From NCBI GenBank assembly GCA_905178155.1, contig CAJINV010000002.1, positions 1,504,677 through 1,568,676 on the forward strand: 64,000 nucleotides of DNA, read 5' to 3'. Both the position numbers and the translations under genes were made by a program. This document shows positions 57,560 through 64,000 of this stretch, in pieces. The notes below the pieces were generated by a model. It did not search any database and was not told the DNA's origin. It was given only the letters and a program-made list of their open reading frames with translations. How positions within the stretch are numbered: position 1 is the first letter of the stretch; each line of letters opens with the position of its first letter. The DNA comes from Amoebophrya sp. A120 (Eukaryota; Protista; Dinoflagellata).

Positions 57560-60500
57560 TTATACCGGTGACGCAGTCTCTGCGTCGCTGCTGTTCTCTT
57601 GGTCCTCTGCGTTGATACGAAGCGACGCTTCGTAACACAGACGCCCGTACTCAATCCCCCTCCTCATTTTACTCGACAAAAATGACTGTTTTGGAATTTC
57701 CGCTTTCGAAGGAAGTGCCTCCGTAGAAATTCCTTTGTCCGAAATCCAGTATCTAATCCCAATTACGTGTCCCTCCGCGGTTGTATCCGATAGCTTACAC
57801 CCCCGATAAAACTCCTCCTTCAATTTCCCCGGCTCGATACCACGCAACAACAAGCGGATGAGGGTGAGGTCGTCGATGTAGCGTTTATGGCACAGGACGC
57901 CCCTCCTCCCGTAGCGGCTGCGTGGGTCTCCGTATGTTGCGGCTATCGTTCCACCCCTCTCCGCATTTATCCCAAACGCGTAGCTCACCTCGACCATCAA
58001 TGGTGACCCCATCGGCCCGCCCCCAACCTGTCGCGCGATCAGGCCCATGCAGCGGCAGATAGCAAAAGTAGCGTCAAGCTTGAGACACCGCAAGACGAGA
58101 TCAATATCGATGTACCAGAAGTGTTTGTTGTCCGGCTTGTCCTTCAAGAACTGGATATTCCTCCGCGGTTTGGGTCGTGCGCGTGCTATCAGTGACGTCA
58201 TTTTGATCTTCCTGTGGTACAACTTGCCAGCGCGCTGCTTGGAGTTTTCCTGCCTGTGCTCCTCGACCCTTTGGAGGTAGGGCGTGTTCTTTTCTACCGC
58301 GACAAACTGCGTCCCGTACCCCTTAAGCTGTTGCACTCTTTCGCCGACAATCTGCATCGCGTCAGCAACTGAGCACCTAGTGAAGAAGTCTTTGACGTCA
58401 GCAGTCTGTATTGCTATTTGCAGTCTTTGTCGCTCCTCTGGTGGGAGGTCACGCCAGAACTTGTTTATCTGCTCAAACTCCGCGATGAGCTCTTGCTGCG
58501 TGCTGAAGAGGAAGTTTTTGTAGTCGACGTCGAGGATCCGCCGGATGACCCTCGCGACTGTGGAGAAAAGCCCGCCGTAGATGTGCTTGAAGTAGCTCGA
58601 TATCGGTCGGAATGCTATTGCCCCGCCCTTCAAGTCTGTGACCTTTAAACTCCTCCCCCTAGTCACCTCGTCAAACAGTCGCTTCTTCAGCATGATCTTC
58701 AAGAACGGCCAGCGGTGGAACTTGCGGAAGCGGATGTTCGTGAGGTCCTTGGTTTTATTCTCCTTTGCAATCGAAAAGAAGCCTCCCTGCACGTCTGTGT
58801 CGTACTGCGCTAGACCTCCCCAGCCTGGAATCAACTCGTAGTCACCCTGAAGGTGGTTGATCATGCAGTGGCTGACTATTCGGTCACAACAGAAGAAGAC
58901 GCTCCGCGACTTGTCAACCTCCCCTGTGTAGCAGTGCGCCGCCAGAAGCTTAGCAACGTCCGTCACGTCGTCCTCCGTGCAGTAGGACTTACGCCTTTCC
59001 CAGTCGATCGACTTCGTTGCTATCTCCTTATCCTCTTTCTCTCCTCCTAGTGGTATGAGGCCTGGCTGTTTGGAGAATTGTTTTCTGGCTCTTCCTACTG
59101 CTGTGGCGACTTGTCCTCGGGTCGGCGCGAATGTAGCAATCCTGGTCCAGATTACTACTTTTCCCTGGTGTGTTGCAAGTGTGAAGCCCGACGAAACAGG
59201 CTCACAGCAAATATGTCCGTCGATCGTAGGCAACCACGGATGCCGCTCCTTCAGTTCCTGGCAAGAACAGCGAAGCGGCAGGTCGTTCCTGATCCTGTAC
59301 GCAGTGTCCCGGTGCCAATCCGCCAGCTTCGTGCCGAACATGTCCAAAAACTTCTTTCCCCTGGATTTCTTAATCCGCAGGACACGCACCGGGCCGCACC
59401 TCAGCTCTTGGTGTGTAAGCATGCGCGAAAACATGCGGCGCAGGTTGTTGAGCAGCATCGGCGTGGTCTCTGGGAGGCGGATTGTTGTGACGATGATCTT
59501 GGAGCCGCTAACAGTGGCGTCAAGGTTGGAGCGGAAAATGTAGCACTTGCCAGTAGGGAGGAGGCGTTTTGCGTGGCTGTGCAGCTGTGTAACTTCTCGC
59601 GCCGTCTTCGCCCGTAGGTAGGAGCTGATACTGTTAGACAGTCCAATCCTCTTAGACATGGACAGGATGACCCGCGCTTCTTCATCTACAAAATCCGGCA
59701 AGTCCCACTGCGCCATGGCTTCGAAAGCACGCGCGGGCTCCTTGTCGGATATCTCGAATTGTCGGCAAGGGTGTCCAGAGGTGCGTGTACTCTTGAAAAC
59801 TTTCCGCCGCGGGTGTGTGATGATGAACGTCTTCACCACCCCCGCCCTGCTCTTCTCGTGTTCGCGGACAGCAGCCCCCTGGGTGTTGCTTGTCGCATGG
59901 AAATACTGGATCAAGATGCGCTCCCCCACTGCTAAGATTGCCTCCTTCTTCACCGGCGCGTGCATGAGTTTCACTACTATCCAGTTCGGCACGCCGTCTC
60001 GGTGGAACAAGCCGACGAGCTTGTTCTTCCTCCCCTCTTCCGCTGCCGCCATCCAATGTGACTCCACCCGGTCTAGTTTCGCCTTGGTTGTCCTCCCCAC
60101 GTAAGTTTTCCTCGTTCCCGGCCGCCATGCAAGATACAACACGCGCGTCTCCCTTTCATCCTCTGCGTTCGTGCTCGCTATCATGCGGCAAATTCGAATT
60201 TTTTCCAGTAGCCTATTGGTGAAGCGAGTATTACTAAGTTCTAAAATCTGCATCATGAGCTGCTCATCCATTTGAAAGAGCTGTTTTCGGATCTCTTTCA
60301 AAAAAGAACGAAAGGGGGGCCGTTGTGCTGCTTGTTGTTGTCCTCGCCGCTGTGGATCTGCCCAGCTCGGAAATAGTTGATCCCTGCACCTCGTGTGTCT
60401 GCAGTCCACCTTTCCCCACCTATCCCTCCGGATTTCAACACAACATCCGCAGTCCTTCGTCTTTTTACAATAGCAGCACTTCTGGTAGTTTTCCATCCTC

Positions 60501-60931
60501 TTCAGTGTGTAGTTCCCAACTCCCGCCTTGATGTTCTGCACCTCGTAAAGCCGTGCAAGAGATGGAGATGTAGTTTGTAGCTGTTCGTTCAAAATTTCCA
60601 AAAAATTTAAGATGTCGCATTTTCCATACCGGAATCTGCACAGTACCCGTGAGTCGTCGATCATCATTATAAAAGAAGTCGCCCGCTTGTTGTTCGTGAA
60701 GAAGTTTCCTGCACTTTGGCAGGTTGTAGAAGTCGAGATGATAGTGGTCGTTTTTGTATAGTTGTTTTGTACGCCAGTTGTAGCGTATACTGTCAGTCCG
60801 CAAGTTGCTCGTAGAAAATAAAAAATAAACCCGTTCAAAATCTTTCCTGCATAGAAACTTCTGAATTGATAACCCCCCGCTGACGTGCCCTCAGTAAAGG
60901 TTGAACACCGACGAACTGCTTCCACCACCAC
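57560..60931 (-). CDS. PLE ORF2: GIY-YIG endonuclease + reverse transcriptase (first ATG 60667)
   Basis: VLYLAW...TYVGRT...RVESH...GERILI...N (GIY-YIG); CSC...DGHIC linker; VDK; FRPISS; TADVKDFFT; QVGGGPMGSPL; RYIDDL. Confidence 0.92.
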   Translation of the reverse strand: MVVEAVRRCSTFTEGTSAGGYQFRSFYAGKILNGFIFYFLRATCGLTVYATTGVQNNYTKTTTIISTSTTCQSAGNFFTNNKRATSFIMMIDDSRVLCRFRYGKCDILNFLEILNEQLQTTSPSLARLYEVQNIKAGVGNYTLKRMENYQKCCYCKKTKDCGCCVEIRRDRWGKVDCRHTRCRDQLFPSWADPQRRGQQQAAQRPPFRSFLKEIRKQLFQMDEQLMMQILELSNTRFTNRLLEKIRICRMIASTNAEDERETRVLYLAWRPGTRKTYVGRTTKAKLDRVESHWMAAAEEGRKNKLVGLFHRDGVPNWIVVKLMHAPVKKEAILAVGERILIQYFHATSNTQGAAVREHEKSRAGVVKTFIITHPRRKVFKSTRTSGHPCRQFEISDKEPARAFEAMAQWDLPDFVDEEARVILSMSKRIGLSNSISSYLRAKTAREVTQLHSHAKRLLPTGKCYIFRSNLDATVSGSKIIVTTIRLPETTPMLLNNLRRMFSRMLTHQELRCGPVRVLRIKKSRGKKFLDMFGTKLADWHRDTAYRIRNDLPLRCSCQELKERHPWLPTIDGHICCEPVSSGFTLATHQGKVVIWTRIATFAPTRGQVATAVGRARKQFSKQPGLIPLGGEKEDKEIATKSIDWERRKSYCTEDDVTDVAKLLAAHCYTGEVDKSRSVFFCCDRIVSHCMINHLQGDYELIPGWGGLAQYDTDVQGGFFSIAKENKTKDLTNIRFRKFHRWPFLKIMLKKRLFDEVTRGRSLKVTDLKGGAIAFRPISSYFKHIYGGLFSTVARVIRRILDVDYKNFLFSTQQELIAEFEQINKFWRDLPPEERQRLQIAIQTADVKDFFTRCSVADAMQIVGERVQQLKGYGTQFVAVEKNTPYLQRVEEHRQENSKQRAGKLYHRKIKMTSLIARARPKPRRNIQFLKDKPDNKHFWYIDIDLVLRCLKLDATFAICRCMGLIARQVGGGPMGSPLMVEVSYAFGINAERGGTIAATYGDPRSRYGRRGVLCHKRYIDDLTLIRLLLRGIEPGKLKEEFYRGCKLSDTTAEGHVIGIRYWISDKGISTEALPSKAEIPKQSFLSSKMRRGIEYGRLCYEASLRINAEDQENSSDAETASPV

Positions 60932-62576
60932 CTCGTCCCTGGTCCCGCACCAAATTCTTCTCGTGGCGCTGCTTGTCCACCTTCTCCTTCTGTTCGCGAA
61001 TGAAGTTGATCAGCAGGATCACCACCCAGGACGTCGCCATGGAAATACAAAAATCCTTGCCATCCTCATCGACAAACATCTGCACCGGCACCAGCTTCCC
61101 GATGTAGGACTCGATCACGGAATGAAAATACTTCACGTTCGTCACCGGCATGCCCTCGCACTCGTGGAATTCCTTGATGATCATCTCAGTGGTTGCCTGC
61201 AAGTTCTCCAACGGCAGGATCTGTCCGATTATCCAGAAGCCTTGGCACAGGGCGACCCACTCCTCTTTCAGGGTTTCGACGGCGGTGTTGCGCAACTCCA
61301 GGACTCCGATGCTAATCTCCTCCTGTATCTGTTCCTCGTCCTCCTTAAAAATCGTCGCGAGGGTATCCACAGTCGCCGGCCACTGAAATAAGTTGCCAAG
61401 CGTGTTCTGCTCCTCCCGGAAAGCCTTTGTGTAGTGTTGCAGACCGCGGAAGGAGATGGGGTTTTGCTTCCCAAACATCTCCGCATACTTCGCCTCGAAC
61501 ATGCTATTCACCTGTGCCGGCAATAACTCCTCCGCGAAGTTTTCAATTTCTTCAGCCGACTTCTGGCAGTACAACTGGAATTGACTGGGCGGCGTTTTCT
61601 CTCCAATGTTGTACCGCTCCGGGTGTTTGCTGAGTTTCTCCATGTTGTTCTGATTGTTATCACCCTCATCGTCGGACACGTAACCCCTGTTGCGTCGTAG
61701 CGGATTGATGTACTTGTTATCGGCGAAAGTAGCGCGCCGCATCTTCTCGTGGGTGTCATCACCTCCTTTCCCATTAGAGTTGCGGTCTCTCTTCCCCGAT
61801 GCTGATCCGAAGAAGCCGGCCGAGGTGCCGAAGTCCGTGGAAGGAAAGAAGGAGAACTGTTGCCCTTTTCCTGTGGTCTGTGCCTCCTGCAATTTAATTT
61901 GTTTCTCCAAGATCTCATTTCTCAGCCGCATCTTCTCCAACTCGGTGTCTGTCGCCGCGTCACTGCTCCCTCCACCACTGCTCATCCGGGCGGACTTCTT
62001 CCAGTTGACCGGTCTTGCTGTTCCGCGCCAGTTCACCTGATTGAGCCACTCACTCTCCCCCGGATCACCGTGTTTGTTTTTGACCTCCTCGACCACCATC
62101 TGCAGCTGCTGCTTGAAGAACTCCATCGCCGCGTCGTCCCCACTTTTGTACAGCATGTCCATGAGCGAGGCGGCCTGTGCGATGTCGACGCAGTGCAGCC
62201 GGGGCACCGGGATCGGCACGAACCTGTTGATCAGGCCTGGTTTTTCTAGTTTGTCCGCTTTTTCAATCTGTTGGTAGCAATCGCGCATGGCAGGAAGGAC
62301 GCCGAACTTGTACATCGTCGCGACCGAGACCGAGCGAGCGTCGAAGTCGAAAAAGACCATGCCGTGGCGATACGAGTCGTAGACACAAGCATCCTTATCA
62401 TCAACCGGCTGCGCGAAACCTCCCTTCGGTTGCTGTTGCTGTCCAAAACCACCAAGGCCGCCGCCAAATCCCTTCCCTCCGGTCAGCATAGCAAGCCCCA
62501 GACTTTGCATGGGGTTGGAAAACATGTTTGCACCGGTGGCCGGAGCCTGAGCAGACGCAACCTGGAAATCCGGCAT
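60891..62576 (-). CDS. PLE ORF1, 561 aa, unknown function (FG/Q-rich N-terminus, coiled coil)
   Basis: Intact intronless ORF between the pseudo-LTRs, co-oriented with and overlapping the ORF2 frame; heptad segment TELEKMRLRNEILEKQIKLQEAQ. Confidence 0.8.
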   Translation of the reverse strand: MPDFQVASAQAPATGANMFSNPMQSLGLAMLTGGKGFGGGLGGFGQQQQPKGGFAQPVDDKDACVYDSYRHGMVFFDFDARSVSVATMYKFGVLPAMRDCYQQIEKADKLEKPGLINRFVPIPVPRLHCVDIAQAASLMDMLYKSGDDAAMEFFKQQLQMVVEEVKNKHGDPGESEWLNQVNWRGTARPVNWKKSARMSSGGGSSDAATDTELEKMRLRNEILEKQIKLQEAQTTGKGQQFSFFPSTDFGTSAGFFGSASGKRDRNSNGKGGDDTHEKMRRATFADNKYINPLRRNRGYVSDDEGDNNQNNMEKLSKHPERYNIGEKTPPSQFQLYCQKSAEEIENFAEELLPAQVNSMFEAKYAEMFGKQNPISFRGLQHYTKAFREEQNTLGNLFQWPATVDTLATIFKEDEEQIQEEISIGVLELRNTAVETLKEEWVALCQGFWIIGQILPLENLQATTEMIIKEFHECEGMPVTNVKYFHSVIESYIGKLVPVQMFVDEDGKDFCISMATSWVVILLINFIREQKEKVDKQRHEKNLVRDQGRGGGGSSSSVFNLY

Positions 62577-63508
62577 CTTGTCGCTGGTGGTAATGGGGAA
62601 AGACGGCTAGTCGAAGAAGGTGTAATTAAAATACGCAAGAGAATGCTTCTAAAAGAGAGCGCAGCCAGTTACAGACGAAGTAGGTAAAATTATGTTAGAC
62701 AGCATGTGTGTAAGGCACTAGGATATAACAAGAAGTAGAAGAACGGAGTAACAACAACACGCTCTAAGAAGACCACAAGCAAAAAGGTAAGAAGCGAACA
62801 ACTGCGGGCGACTTCACGGAAACTCACCCCGAATACATCGGGCAACTTACTTTCAAACGGAACCTTTTTCAATCTTGATCGGCAACGCGCAGATCAAGAG
62901 AAAGAAATATACTGCAGATATAGCCGCGCGGAGCATTAAAAAATTACACATCTCTCTAGTTTTATTTTGCAAGTAATCACTTTTAGAGTGGGACCAGGCG
63001 AGTTGGAAAAGAAGCAGCAAAATTGGCAGAATTCCTGCATTTTCCTTGCCTTGTAAAGCCTAAATGAATCGATATAGGTGGGGACAAGTCGTGTTATATG
63101 AGGTAGCAAAGATGCAGAAAAATGGAGCGCGTCGTCGGTGTTGAGAGAATAAAAATCACCTCGTCCCCCAACACCTCTTTACAGTCCTAAACCCGCCGAC
63201 CTGAGTACACGCTTTTTTACCTAAACTGCCATACAAAAGCGTCAGAGTCACCGGATTAGCTCGGCGGAACAAGGACAGCAATACAACACAGGTATCAAAA
63301 GCAAAGCACCAGTGGAGCCACAGGGTATACTCAAGCAGGGCAAGAAACAGATTGGCTATCGTGTGTTTTTGTATCGTGCTCTCCGCCAACTTGGGATGCG
63401 TGTACTTGCAGCGTCTTTTACTTAGTCGTCCTGTGTCTGTTTTTTCTAATAAAAAGGTAAAAAAGTTTACAACATAACCCGGAAAGTCTCCTTATATGCC
63501 GTTTTTAA

Positions 63509-64000
63509 CGAACGAAGATACTTCTACACCTTTTCTCACACTCAGTTTTCATTTTCCCCATTACCACCTCTCATGTATCTATTCTCGCCTGGTGTCAGTA
63601 CTTCGAACATAGATTGAAAAACCGAAAAGAATGAAGATCTTGGATCTCCTCCTCGTGGTTTTTATTTACCACTGCTGCTTTTTTACCCTGTGGCTGCCTT
63701 GTTCGGACAGTGAAATGTTGCATCAGGAGCTTTCGTTTTTGTACGCAAGACGAAAGAGACGGAAAAACCAGATTTGTAATGCGGAACGCCAAAAGTTGAC
63801 AAACAGAGATTATTTTTCCACATGAACATAAAAAAGAGCTTGACTTTTGTGCCCGTTTAGTCGTGTTTCACCAATCTGTCATGGTAAATAAAAGGCGAAA
63901 TAGAGTGTGGCTTGCTGCTGTGGCGCGTGTGGGCAGCAATGCAGATTAAAAATCTGTGATGCTGAAAGAGGAAAAGTTTGTTCTTTTTCCGAGGCCTGAT
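63509..64000. repeat. 5' pseudo-LTR / 3' end of upstream tandem copy (runs off window)
   Basis: Copy of 56886-57377. Confidence 0.95.

Larger units (their letters stand above)
56886..64000 (-). mobile_element. Penelope-like retroelement (Naiad/Chlamys type, N-terminal GIY-YIG) with pseudo-LTRs and extra ORF1
   Basis: Near-identical direct repeats 56886-57377 and 63509-64000+ flank two ORFs; EN-RT domain order; no protease, RNase H or integrase. Confidence 0.85.

Noticed and set aside
56886-57560. Hammerhead ribozyme in the pseudo-LTR
   Set aside because: Only CGAAA..CTGATGC (minus strand, ~57098-57112) was found, with wrong core and order; needs a covariance-model search.
56886-64000. True LTR retrotransposon
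   Set aside because: No TG...CA end at the visible border and no protease, RNase H or integrase; the RT and GIY-YIG are Penelope-type.
1-64000. rRNA/tRNA genes, dinoflagellate spliced-leader relics, autonomous introner transposase
   Set aside because: None recognised by eye; absence is not proven without searches.

Overview
Eukaryotic genomic window. The architecture strongly suggests a parasitic dinoflagellate such as Amoebophrya (inference): every credible gene is on the minus strand, and genes are interrupted by ordinary GT-AG introns and by about 25 introner-like elements. These elements have terminal inverted repeats, mostly TAT...ATA ends, and a 5-bp direct repeat. Where both flanks are intact, removing the element plus one repeat copy restores the reading frame. 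Reconstructed genes: a long acidic protein, TVP23, an ALYREF/Yra1-like RRM protein, PIG-S, a hypothetical protein, a ~4,780-aa secreted PAN/apple-domain protein with 12 introners, its ~930-aa short paralog and a paralog fragment. Most notable features: (1) a 3.5-kb nested intron in PIG-S, an introner carrying a TOC1-like split-direct-repeat element and a MITE; (2) GC-rich islands that decode as Ty3/gypsy RT, RNase H and integrase relics apparently shifted A:T to G:C; (3) a Naiad/Chlamys-type Penelope-like retroelement with an extra 561-aa ORF1; (4) a TGTNATGC motif shared by all intron types. The 4.4-kb A-rich block is probably a sequencing or assembly artefact. All coordinates and alignments were read by eye.
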